Origin: Azolla caroliniana
Lineage: Eukaryota > Plantae > Polypodiophyta
Assembly: GCA_043228905.1 (NCBI GenBank)
Contig: JBHGNT010000006.1
Location: 17,298,001-17,362,000, forward strand
Direction: 5' to 3'
DNA: 64,000 nt
Position 1 is the first letter of the stretch. Each line of letters starts with the position of its first letter. The notes beneath the pieces are model-generated. The model did not search any database and was not told where the DNA came from. It worked only from the letters and a program-made list of their open reading frames with translations. Positions 24,692 through 36,656 of this stretch are shown in pieces. Made by a program: the position numbers and the translations under genes.

Positions 24692-25031
24692 TATTGAAAA
24701 TCAAACTTAACTTCCCTTAGTGTGGGAACACACCTTAGGAATAGTCAAGTGTGTGAACACCCCACCACTTGTATGATAACTAGTGTGTCATAGAAGTTAG
24801 TCCTATGACACATAGTTACTAGGTAGTTAAGTCTCCACCTCCTTTCCAATAAGTGGTTGTAGTGAGAGAATGTAGAGAGAAGATGACTACATAAGCATCT
24901 TCTCCTCTTCTTTGTAACTATTGGTTGTTTTATTTTCTTAATACAGTTTTCTTGTTTTTCGTATACCATGTGTTTCTCTCTCTCTCTCTCTATCTCACAC
25001 ACAACCACAATGTGCACTCTTGATTGCAACA
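24692..25031 (+). mobile_element. Possible degenerate Copia solo LTR
   Basis: Begins TATTGAAAATCAAACTTAAC like the A LTR, has TTTGTAACT and (CT)n(CA)n blocks, ends TTGCAACA. No convincing TSD. Confidence 0.4.
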
Positions 25032-25873
25032 TTCATTGGTAAGGTTCTTGAACATCAAGAGTTGCTACTCACTTTCACACATATCACGTAAAATGTAATT
25101 TTTTTGTCTCATAGGTGATATTTGACCTTCGAAGATGATAATATAATATACTAATTGACGGCGTGTGGCCCATGTGACAGAAAATGCACTTAGGATGACC
25201 CTATGGAATTGTAATGGCGCACTCTGGGCACACCCCGACCGCCTAGAGGAGATACTAAAGGTATCTGATATACTTTTCTTGGTAGAAACACATCAGAGCC
25301 CAAATAGAGGACTCCCACGGGTCGAAGGATTCCGTTGGGAGTCCGCTTTAAGACAAACCTCACGTCGACACACTACTAGGGGATCTGGAGGTGTCGCGAT
25401 ACTGTTTCGTAGAGAGCTACATAATAGGATAGAAATAATGAAGATAGACCCAGAAGCTCGTTTTATGTGGGTGAAAGTCTCCACAAGCGAAGACCAAGCA
25501 GTATTTTTCGCCATTTGGTACTTTCCCCCAAAAGGATCCCGTTATAATATTGGTGGCTTGACGAGATTAGTCGATGAAGGAATGCCACATGGGCCTTCTC
25601 CATACGAACCCCTATCGGATGACATAATCCGATATTCTTCCCAAGGAGAAGTATTTCTTGTAGTAGACTTCAATGCGAGAACCCAATCCCGACAATGCAC
25701 AGTATTTCAGATGAATAGAAACCTAGAAATGGTAAATGTTGATCCTTTAGACATAGGCACCACACGTAGATCAAAGGATCAAGGTGCGGACACCACGAGC
25801 TTTGGCCATCATCTGCTCGAACTTGGCAGTCGGCACCGGATGTTCATATATAATGGTTTAGATAAGTGGCCGG

Positions 25874-27288
25874 TGTGGCGAAAATACGACGAGGATACGT
25901 GAACGTTGAGGCAAGACCCCGGGGCCTTTGTCTAGAGGATATCAAATTCGTGTATTTATGTACTAAGAATTAACTGAAATGAGAAAGATTAACAAATTTC
26001 ATTAATAAAAGGGAAAGAAAGATTACAATCAATCCCAAGATTGGGATTACAAAAGTTTTATCTTATGGAGATGATTAGAATAATAGATTAGAGGAAATAA
26101 GAGATTATGATTCTTGAGTGATATGGCTTTGACAAGGAATTTTGGATTTTGAGAGATTGCTTTCGTATGGAAATTATCGTTTACTTGAGAGATAGCTTCC
26201 GTAGGGAAGATTAGGGTTATTGGCTTCGATAAGATAAGAGAGCTCCCCAAAGAAAAGAAAAAAAAATTAAAATAATATGGAGAGTGAGTCCTAGTGTAGG
26301 AAAAAAAAGGAATAAATATGGAGTTCTCCCTTGATCATAACCTTTCCACTTTTTGTTGCATGGCCTCTACTTTTAGTTGCCTAGCTTTTTCTTTTGGTTG
26401 CATGTGACTGTCCACATGACCTTTACTTTTTCCATGCACTCCTTTAGTTGCTTGCGTCCACATGGCCTTTACTTTAGTTCTCTTCACTTTACTTTAGTTT
26501 GTTGCATGATCCAATCTTTCGTCCGTCCGTGTCCAACCTCGTCCGGTAGCCGGTTCCATTTTGCTTGCCGGTCGGTTCCGGTTCCGATTTTGCTTGCCGA
26601 CCGGTTCCGGTTTTGCTTGCCGGCCAGTTCTGGTTTGCTTGCCGGTTCCGGTTCGGGTTTTGCTTGCCGGCCGGTTCTGCTTTTGCTTACCGGCCGGTTT
26701 CTGGTTTTGCTTACCGCCCGGTTTCCGGTTTTGCTTGCCGGCCGGTTTCAGTTTTGTTTACCGGCCGGTTTCCAGTTTGCATACCCATTCCGGTTCCGGT
26801 TTTGCTTACCGACCGGTTTCCGGTTTGCATACCCGTTCCGGTTCCAGTTTTGCTTGCCGGCCGGTTCCGGTTCCGGTTTGCTTGCCGGCCGGTTCCGGTA
26901 TTGCATACCGGTCGGTTTCCGGATTTGCTTACCGGTCGGTTTCCGGATTTGCTTACTGGACCCGTTTTCTGGTTTTAGGGAAATTGGCCACCATCATCCA
27001 TCAAGACAAAGTGGCCAAAGTGCTCTTAGCACAAATGAAAAATGAGGGAGCTCAAGGTGTTTATATAGCCAGGGCCTTAACTTTCCTATCTATGTGGGAT
27101 AGTTCTAATTTCCCTATCTAATCAAACTTTATTTTCTCATAACTTGATATGTATTTCTCCATTTTGTATATAGTAAAATACATTTTGAAGCTCTTGAGTA
27201 TATCCATCTTTCTATAGTAAGCTACTAATCTAATCTATAATAATTATTTCATTATTTTTTTACATAGTGTGTGAAGATTCACACGACA
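25874..27288 (-). mobile_element. Long solo LTR S (1415 bp), termini resembling the Trp-type Gypsy LTRs
   Basis: TGTGGCG...CACGACA termini with a 4-bp TSD CCGG (25870-25873, 27289-27292). Strand is inferred from similarity of layout to 62201-62832. Confidence 0.82.
26546..26980. repeat. Degenerate CCGG-rich minisatellite inside LTR S
   Basis: Many copies of a ~23-30 bp unit resembling CCGGTTCCGGTTTTGCTTGCCGG. Confidence 0.9.
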
Positions 27289-27292
27289 CCGG

Positions 27293-30203
27293 GCTCGGAA
27301 GAGCTCACATGTTTCCCACATGGAGGGGAAAGCACAGTTGACTATCTAATAGGGCGCCCTGAAGCTACCCACATGATTAACTCCTTCCGAGTGGCCCCAT
27401 GCCCTATTGGCGCAGACCATAGTTTCTTATACTTCAAGCTAAAATGTGATATCTCTAAGGTCACCAAGTCTAGTCAACCATGCCATCACACCACAATACA
27501 TTTCACACATGAGCTCTCTGACATATACTCTCAACATGTTCAGGCCCATCTCCCCTCCCTTGATCCCTCCCTACCGTTAGAAAGCCTTAGTACAAAACTC
27601 ACACACATCCTTCACTCCGCAACAGCTAGCAGTTTCCCATATACAAAACACTCAAATCAAGGTAGATCAGGATCAATGCCACAAAATAAATGGTATGGCG
27701 AGGATTGTAGGGACTTACATAGACAACTTACAGTATCACAACTCAATGGTAGTATTACCTCCATACAAGCCCGCAAAGAAATGCGTAAGATGACATGTCG
27801 TAAGAGACGAGCGTGGGAGGCATCCCAATATTGGGAACTCTACCATATGCTCATGACTAGCGATTGCTCCACGGCATGGAAGAGACTACGGGAGCCAAGA
27901 CCACAAACACCCATCGAAGATCCTGAAACTTGGCACACATATACAGAGAGACTTTACCAAATCCCAAACCAACCACCCATTCCAATGCCTTCCACACCCC
28001 GGCCTACCACGGGGACACTTTTCACGACCTCTAGGGTCGTGAAGGTCATAAAGAAATTACAACATAGGAGGTCCATGGACCACACAGGATTGCGAGCAGA
28101 ACACATTATATATGCGAGAGAGTGCCTAGCTCCCTTGCTAACTCTAATCTTCAATCGTGCCCTTGCGGAGGGTTTTCCACCACAGTGGACTATGAATACA
28201 GTGGCCCCCATACATAAAGGGGGGGACCCCATGGACCCAAATACATATAGGACCATTATGATAGGCCATACCCTTGCTAAGTTATATGGTGCAGTAATGG
28301 AAGCAGAGCTTAGTGACTATATGGAGACCCTAAACCTTTGTGCACCTGAACAAGTTGGCTTTAGACGAGCCTTCTCCACTATTGATCATATCTTCACACT
28401 TAGATGCCTAATTGACCAAACTAAGGCTCGCAAGAAGAAATTATACTGTTGTTTTGTGGACTTCCGCAAAGCCTTTGACACAGTCCCTAGAGAGCAGTTG
28501 TTTGATAGACTTAAAAGCTTGAGCATACCAGATGATATGGTATGGGCCATCTACGCACTATATGAACAAGTGTCAGGGTGTGTTCGATGCCCAGGTGGCC
28601 TATCTAATCGTTTCACTAGCACTATTGGTGTAAAACAAGGTTGCCCCCTATCACCGACGCTTTTTGGGATCTACATTGATGAGATCACAGATTTTATTGC
28701 TCGTGAGGGAGGCACTGGAGTGGTCCTTGGGGATACGCAGGTTCGTATCTTGCTCTATGCAGATGACATAGTTTTGCTCTCGGAATCCGAACACGACCTA
28801 CAAAGGCACCTTAATGCCTTAGATGACTTTTGTGTACAACGAGGATTGGTAGTGAATCTAGGGAAAATGAAAGTCCTTATCTTCCACACATTGGCCCAAG
28901 TTAGAGCTAAGTGTCACCTAACTATCTCCCATAGCCTAGTCGAGGTGGTTGGATCATATGTCTATCTCGGAGTCACTTTTAGTGCCCACTCAGGTAAATT
29001 TTCGATGACACAAGCAGTGAAGGATAGACTCACGAGAGGACATGCATCCCTCTCACTCCTAGAGAGACAATGCCACCAAGCACACTTTCAAGAGCCACGG
29101 ACTAAAGGGTGGCTCTTTGACTCATTAGTGACCCCTCCCTCATGTATGCATCAATGGTTTGGGCTCCAGGATTACCATCTTTCATGTGGACACAATTAGA
29201 GAGACCATTGGTGATGATGCTATCACGCCAACTCCGAAGCAAATCGACTGTACCACATGACATTATTAGGGCTGAGTTCACGTTACCCCCAATGTTAGTA
29301 GAGGCACTTTTTCAACTTGTAGTCTTCATTCACAGGATACATAGCCAACCACATGATAGAATATCTCATCAAGCCTTTAAGGCCTCTCGATCATTGTATG
29401 AGTCCGGCTATACTAGCTCATGGTATGGCATGATGGTGAGTTGGCTTCTTGCGAATGGTCTAGACATTAATAACCTACCTCCCCTTAGGTACAACCACAC
29501 GAGTGATAACACTTTAATCTCTCATGAGGACTGCAATAAAGTAATACGCCAAGAAATATGGCAAATTTACACTCGGTGTAAATGGATCACCCCACTAGAG
29601 CCACTCCCATCTAAAATGTTGTACTATAAGAAACACTTCATGCACTTCTCTGAGTTAGGTTTTATCACGCGGCCAAAATATCTAGATGTATTCTTACCAC
29701 ATGCACTAAGGGTTGCCATTGGACAACTTAGAATATCATCTCACCAACTTGAGATTGAGAATGGCCGTACTAGTGGAGTCCCTAGGGAGGAAAGGATATG
29801 TAGGTTATGTCATATAGAGATAGAGGATGAGTACCACTTTACATGCAAGTGTCCAACCTATGCCGAGATAAGGGAAAAATACCAAGACATACTTGGTTCG
29901 TCTCCCACCCTCCCCAAACTATTAGATACTCTAGATATAAAGAAATTAGGCAAATACATTCTAGAGCTAAAACAACACAGAGAGAATAAGTTACAAAATG
30001 TTGACAATAATGTTGCTAATGATCACGAACATGTAACAAATGAAGTTTTTCAGGAACATGAGGAGACAACGAATGCCGACACACTTGCACCACTTGGCCT
30101 TTCCATTGATGAGGCAGAAAACCAGAGAAGAACCAGACGTCCTCGGGTGCCGGGTTTCAAAGCAACTCGACGTGATGTGGAAGCAATAAATAAGGGAACG
30201 TGA
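27293..30203 (+). pseudogene. LINE G ORF2 RT and Cys/His domain (frameshift near 29140)
   Basis: ORFs 27271-29199 and 29142-30203. Removing S restores the reading K-W-P-G-S-E across the junction. Confidence 0.9.
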
Positions 30204-30506
30204 GCTACACCGCCTAGAAGCCATGGCTAGGGCACTCTCTACATTGGAACCCACATCAAGACCCTTTGACCCCCCACTTCTTTTCGAGAGGCTTGGGTGG
30301 AAATAAAATTAGGCTTAGTGTATAGTCACTTTCGAGTATACTACATATTGTACACTACTAGAACTCTTTTAGTTTAAGTTCTATTTTTTACTTAATTTTA
30401 TTTTAGTTAGGATGACTGGATAAATACTCTTTTGTTGTAAACCAATTGTCTCATGGGCCAAATTTGGCCTTAGAAGACGTTAATATATCTTTCTTTCTTT
30501 TCTCTT

Positions 30507-30545
<39 letters not shown>

Positions 30546-30546
30546 C

Positions 30547-31379
30547 ACACACATATCTTCCGATGCTCAGAATCACATCCGATTCTTTACATGGTATCAA
30601 AGTGATTGGTAGCTTGATCCAAGCCCATCTACGCATGATGTGCTTATCCTGATGTTCACGAAGACCCGACCGATCGCTGTAGCAGCAACCGTGCACAGTT
30701 TGTATCATAGAGAAGAAGAAATCACAAGTCGACCATCATGGTACCTTGTTGGTCAAGGCTATTGGAGTTACATTGAGGGAGCACAAGAAACGTAACCCAA
30801 CCCAACACGCACTGACTACCCAACATCGGAAGTATGGGAGCAAGCATCAAGCCATGTGTTGTATTGCATTGCATCATGCATTCATGATCAGATGCTCGGC
30901 TACATCTGAGAGGCAAAAACGCCGAAGGAGGCATGGGGAAACCTCAAAAAGATCTTTGTGGACAACATGATTGCACGGAAACTTCAACTCTGTCAAGAGT
31001 TGAATAGTATTTAACAAAGGGATATGTCAATTAGAAACTACACCTTGAAGATCAAGGAATTGTGGGACTCCATTGGGTCGATCAATGTTAACATTGACAA
31101 TGATGAAATCATGCAAATATGCCTTGGCGGCCGGTTCGGCACAATAAGATCGACGGTACTTGTGAGGGAGAACCATCCTTCCTTCTTTGATCTCCAGTTG
31201 ATGCTACTGGTTGAAGAAAATCACGTCCGAACGAGGAGTGATGTACAAGAAGGACACATGATCTATTTGAATTCGGATGGAGAAAGGGAACACGACCGTG
31301 GAAGAAGAGGCCAATTTGGCCAAGGCCGACACAACCAAGGACAATCCCATGAACACAACCTCTACTTACATCAAGACGT
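30547..31379 (+). mobile_element. Copia fragment H (LTR end, PBS, decayed gag)
   Basis: ...GATTCTTTACA TGGTATCAAAG at ~30581-30602. Gag motifs VGQGYWSY, YTLKIKEL, SFFDLQLMLLVEENH. Confidence 0.85.
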
Positions 31380-32348
31380 TGTCGCGTAATTCCACACGGA
31401 TGTGTAGAAGTGGGGCAGGACCACGAGGGTCTTGAACCAAGGACTCGAGAAAAAAGGGAGGAATATCCCTCGCGTTGCGTACGCGTAGATCGTAGACAGA
31501 ATAGAGAGAGACAAGAGTGAGATGGTCATAGGTCACCGTTACATGGCGATATGATGAAATTGCAACACTAGACAATAGATTAGATTAATGGTATTAGTTA
31601 GAACGTGCACGTGATGTGTAGGGAGTACAACCGGTCTGAGCCGGGAACAAAGCTTCGAACTCCACAGTAGACGCACGTAGAGTGATGATCCTCTGGTTGA
31701 GAGCACGCGTGCGTCTGATGCGAGTAAAGGATGCACCTTCCGGAGTTTGGTCGTCGGTCATAATCAGAGAGAGAGAGAGCTTCGATACTCTGATCGGCAA
31801 CATTTCCTCCTCCTAAAACCTGGATCCCTAAAATAGTTTGGGGCCACCCCTTTTATAGCATAAGGGATGGCCGTTACATCAGGTCTAATGACCTTTTGGT
31901 TATCCTCCCCCCATTATTCTCCTTCACCTGCGTGACATTAAAGCACCTATTAAAGCCTAACTTCCTAGTAATCACCAAAATCCTACTGTTACTTAGTATT
32001 TACATATGCTAGTACAAAAGGGGGTGCACTTGTGCACACCCGCGTTCACACACATTTGGTTATGTTTCCCCTTATGGCCTGAAATCTTCACGACATCCAC
32101 CCCCACCAAACCACACATCCTCTGGTATGTGCCAGGTATTGAGTTTAGTGGAGGATTTCCGGGACAACCTTTACTCGTCCGAGATGTTGCCTTTGGTCCC
32201 CACTGCCGGGTCCAGTTCCGCGTCATGCTGCTTTTTAAAGGCCTTTATCTGCTTCCCTGCTACTAGTGTCGCTATTCGGGTCCCGTCGAGCTCCGCGAGG
32301 TGGTATGTCGAGTTGTCTTTTGCATTGGTCACTACGTATGGCCCGAAC
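31380..32348 (-). mobile_element. 3' end of non-chromovirus Gypsy I1 (3' LTR 31380-32095, PPT, integrase tail)
   Basis: TGTCGCG...TTCACGACA termini, PPT complement TCCACCCCCACC, and 32100-32348 homologous to the P integrase end at 51285-51560. Confidence 0.85.
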
Positions 32349-32529
32349 TGTCATGGACACAGCAAGTGTGGAGTAGGATGGAGCACAGATGATGGGGCTA
32401 CGAGTGACGGATGAACTTGGAGCTAGATGTGACGCGGTTAGGAACTCTAGATGTTGTGTGCGACATGAAGGCACATATGATGGGGCTATGAGCGACGGAT
32501 GAACTTGGAGCTAGATGTGATGAGGTTAG

Positions 32530-33308
32530 TGACGGGAACTCAACGCTCCTTATGCACAAAGCTCGGCCACAACCGAGATTCTTTTCATACACAGAAACCA
32601 GGAAACGAAAACACGACACAAAGGAGAGGAAGATACACAGGAGGTTAACGTGGAAAACCCCAAACTAGGGGAAAAACCACGGCAGCCCACAGGCTGCAAA
32701 CTGTCACTATGTATGAATGTACAAAACAGTGAGTTCACGGAGGCAACGACCTCGGACTCACGATCTTCGCCACAGGCGGCGGTTACAACAGAGGCAACGA
32801 CCTCTTTCTCTCTCTCTCACTCTGTACAACGTTACGTGCTCTCTCTTCTTCTTGCACCAACAAAAACAACATATTAGTTTGCCCTAAGTCATATTTATAC
32901 TAATATGACTTTTCGACTATTTACAAATATAGCCACTATGGGCTCTCAGAAACATATTTACGAATATGTCTCTTCCTTCGGTTCATACCGGGTCTGCACC
33001 ATCCGGCTCTTCGTAGCCGGGTACTCCTCATCCGGTTCGTACCGGGCCTGCACCATCCGGCTCTCCGTAGCGGGGTACTCCTCATCCGGTTCATACCGGG
33101 TCTGCACCATCCGGCTCTCCGTAGCCGGGTACTCCTCATCCGGTTCATACCGGGCCTGCACCATCCGGCTCTCCGTAGCCGGGTACTCCTCATCCGGTTC
33201 ATACCGGGCCTGCACCATCCGGCTCTCCGTAGCCGGGTACTCCTCATACGGTTTCGGCCGAGGCACTGTTCTTCTCCCTTCCCATCCGAAGGGACCTGTC
33301 TCCCAACA
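32530..33308 (-). mobile_element. Solo LTR J (related to Copia Q LTR)
   Basis: Minus strand TGTTGGGA...CCCGTCA, TSD GTTAG at 32525-32529 and 33309-33313, shares TATAAATATGACTTAGGGCAAAC and GGGTTTTCCACGT with the Q LTR. Confidence 0.92.
32978..33250. repeat. 54-bp tandem repeat (5 copies) in U3 of LTR J
   Basis: Unit CGGTTCATACCGGGYCTGCACCATCCGGCTCTCCGTAGCCGGGTACTCCTCATC, visible as an 18-aa periodicity in the ORF track. Confidence 0.93.
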
Positions 33309-33984
33309 GTTAGGAACTCTAGATGTTGTGAGCAACATAAGGGCTAAAGACAAAAATAAAGATCAAGGAGACAAAGATGAGGCGAAACGAGAATACTAGA
33401 TTGATGTGTCAATGACTGGTGTTGAATCCCTTGAAAGGGACCGAGGATGTTACAAGTATTTATACAATTTTCAAGATTGAATATCTCTAGAATATACTAA
33501 CGACCAGAATATTCTCGAATTTATTATACACTAACTCTACAACATATACAAGTTCACAATCGAATGTGGACAGTTCACAAGAGTTTCCATATGGTTAACA
33601 CAACACAATGTATTGTGTGTGTTAAAAGTTAGAGGTTCGAGTCTAGAAAGTGACATTATCCCCCTTTTTACATTGCCTTCCCAAACCGGTCCTTGGTTTA
33701 AGGGGATACTGTTGATGAAAATCTTAGACCACCTCCAAAGTATTTCGTATATCCTAGAGAAGGAGTAACCCTTCTAGAAGACGAGGTATTGAACACAAAC
33801 AAGCATGAGCAACCTTCCCCAAGACTGGAACACGAATACCAACAGGTGTGAGCGACCATGTGTGGTCCTCACGGGGAGCATGAACACCAACGGGCATGAG
33901 CGACCATGTGCGGTCCTCGTCGGGAATTGGAACACGAATACCAATAGGCGTGAGTGACCATGTGTGGTCCTTACGGGGATTACC

Positions 33985-36265
33985 AAGGCGGTCACCCTAT
34001 TGCTTTTGAAAGTAAGAAGCTTGATGCTGGTCAATCTCAGTATTCAGTTCAAGAGAAAGAGTTGTTTGCGGTAATACATACACTTAAAACATGGAGGCAC
34101 TATCTTTATGGAAATAAATTTGTGGTTACAACAAACCATCAATCATTGAAGTATTTTTGTGACCAGCCAGATCTTGTTGGTCGTAAAGGCCATTGGGCCG
34201 ACCTTATGCAAGATTTTGATTTTTCCATACGGTATCGCAAGGGTTCTATGAACACTGTTGCGGATGCTCTTAGTCGCATTAAAGAAGTTAACATGCTTAG
34301 CTTCACGGAAATAAAATCTGATCTTTTAGATCACCTTCGAGGGAAATACCTTGATGACAGTTATTTTTCGAAATACTGGACGAAAGCCGAATTTGTTTTA
34401 GATGCCGATACTAGCACCCTACCCTCGAAGGCGACCTTTCACATTACAAACGGTTTGCTCTACCGTAGTGGAAAGGTCTGTGTTCCAGATTTACCAAACG
34501 TAAAACAGAAAATTCTTCATGAATGTCATGATGCACCATCTGCTGGTCATCCTGGAATACAACGCACACTTATTCTCATCTCGAGTACTTTTTTCTGGCC
34601 TAAGGTGCGCACTGACGTGCATAAATACGTAACTCAATGCTTACAATGTCAAATTAATAAGTTGGAACGACTTAAAGCTGTTGGTCTTTTACATCCCTTA
34701 GATATTCCCAACAAAAAATGGGAAAGTATCTCGATGGATTTTATTGTTAGTTTACCTCATACATAGAGGGGTCATGATGCCATTTGGGTTGTCGTTGACA
34801 GACTAACAAAATTGGCTAGATTTATTCCTACCAAAACCACGGTAACCGCTCAACTATTGGCTTATCAATTTGTTGATGAGTTATTTCGTTTTTATGGATT
34901 ACCAATGGATATTGTTAGTGATCGAGATTCCAAGTTTACTAGTGACTTTTGGACTCAAGTCTTTAAGAAACTAGAAACTACATTGAGCATGAGTTCCGCA
35001 GATCATCCTCAATCTGATGGACAAATTGAACAAGTTATTCAAATTATTGAGGACATGCTTCGAGCTTATGTAGAAAAAAACCCCTTCTAAGTGGGAGCAA
35101 TACCTTCCTATCTTAGAATTTGCCTATAATAGCTCTAAACATACATCCACTGGATATAGTCCTTTTATGTGGATGTATGGTTCTCAGCCACGTGCCCTAG
35201 TTGATGTCACGGTTCATCGTGATACATTAGACAGTACACACAATTTTTTGCAAGACATGAACCAAATGTTGCATATTGCCAAAGAGAATGTCAAGACAGG
35301 TCAAGATCGTGCTCGATTTTATGCTGCTCAGGATAGACGTCCTCGTGCATTTAGTATTGGTCAAAAAGATTTTTTGCATGTCCCTACTGACTCTACGTCA
35401 TTGTCTACGAGCAAGTGCGCTAAGTTAGCCCCACGATATTGTGGCCCATTTGAAATCCTTAAGCGGGTTGGGTCATCTGCTTATCACCTTGCCTTACCCC
35501 GTAACGTTGATATTCATCCTGTTTTTCACATCAGTCGTCTAAAACTATTTTTAGGCTCTAGTGATAACACCATCACAATCCAAGATCTTGTAATGTTAGA
35601 GGATTTTTCTTACAAACCTCATGTTCCTGAACGAATTCTTGATTCTTGTACTAAATGTTTATGTTCTAAAGAGATTCAGCTATTCAAGATCAAATGGATG
35701 GATAAACCTATTGATGATGCCACATGGGAACACGAGCATACTCTTAAGGCACAATTTCCTCACTTTATATTGCAAGAGTGCAATCTTTTGAAGTACGGGA
35801 GTATGTTATGTACACATAACATTGGTGAGGGTAGGTCACCAATATTTACATTAGTGAAGGGTATGTTCACTAATGTTAAAAAGGGGACTAATGATTGGAT
35901 AGAAGGAATGATAGGTGCATGCACCTATCATGATTTGGACAACCAATGAATGGAGAGCCTTTTAGAAAGGCACATCTATTCAAGGGGCCTAGGAAAAGGT
36001 ATAAATATGAGGCTTAGCTACCCTCATAATCACATTACGTCGAAAGGCTGTTGTCTTAGACACCGGTGGTGCGGGCAAGGCTTTCGTGTTTATCTCTTCC
36101 AAGGTATTAGTCATCCTAATATCCGGTGGTATGGGACGTCGGTGATAGGTTGGCTATGTCTAGATCATAGCTCGGGGGTGGTCGGGTGGAACGGGTTCTT
36201 CTATCCATTCTATTTTCCTTCTTTTACTTTAGTTTGGTCTATTGATTAGTAATAGACTCTTAACA
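33985..36265 (+). mobile_element. 3' half of Gypsy chromovirus L (RNase H, integrase, chromodomain, 3' LTR 35804-36265)
   Basis: HPIAFESKKL..EKELFAVIH, HDAPSAGHPG, WESISMDFI, HPQSDGQ, GPFEILKRVG..HPVFHIS, KIKW..DATWE. LTR TGTTATG...CTTAACA. Confidence 0.85.
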
Positions 36266-36324
36266 CGTAGGGCCCACATAGATGTCCGACTACAAATATC
36301 TCTTCTTGTCCGAATGCCGATTTT

Positions 36325-36656
36325 TCTCCGGAGAGTGTTAGTTGCACATCTTCTAACTTTCGTAGCACTTTCTCAGAATCGCAAATATGGTCAACCACGA
36401 ACTTTTGGCATCCTCGATCATCCATAGTCTCATCTTTTTCTTCCACTACACACCCTTTAATCAGAATGTCATCTAGGAACGACATTGTTATCTCCGGAGA
36501 GTGTTAGTTGCACATCTTCTAACTTTCGTAGCACTTTCTCAGAATCGCAAATATGGTCAACCACGAACTTTTGGCATCCTCGATCATCCATAGTCTCATC
36601 TTTTTCTTCCACTACACACCCTTTAATCAGAATGTCATCTAGGAACGACATTGTTA
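36325..36656. repeat. 166-bp perfect tandem duplication in I2 RT
   Basis: TCTCCGGAGAGTG... at 36325 and 36491, with TCTCC microhomology at the junctions. Confidence 0.92.

Larger units (their letters stand above)
25165..30520 (+). mobile_element. Non-LTR retrotransposon G (APE-RT LINE, RTEX-like), ORF2 only, interrupted by solo LTR S
   Basis: APE motifs WNCNG, LVETH, GSGGVAIL, DFNART, STVDY, ADH. RT motifs FVDFRKAFDTV, GVKQGCPLSPTLF, LLYADD. C-terminal RISSHQLEIENGR..REERICRLC..EDEYHF..CPTY. Ends in a pyrimidine microsatellite. Confidence 0.88.
32349..33980 (-). mobile_element. 3' part of chromovirus-derived element K (LTR 32349-33655 split by J)
   Basis: TGTCATG...GTGACA termini, PPT complement TTATCCCCCTTTTT, chromodomain stub DFHQQYPLKP at ~33690-33725, then ~50-70 bp tandem repeats at 33790-33980. 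Confidence 0.7.

Noticed and set aside
25095-25140. Possible splice acceptor of a host gene (TTTTTTTGTCTCATAG|GTG)
   Set aside because: No exon ORF, donor site or other host-gene evidence is visible in the window.
26377-27121. Three overlapping Cys/Arg/Phe-rich ORFs
   Set aside because: They are translations of the stop-poor minisatellite inside solo LTR S.
32978-33250. CRISPR-like array
   Set aside because: The units are head-to-tail with no unique spacers, there are no cas genes, and the context is a eukaryotic LTR.
32905-33399. Repeat-protein ORFs on both strands
   Set aside because: They arise from the 54-bp LTR tandem repeat, which is a multiple of 3.
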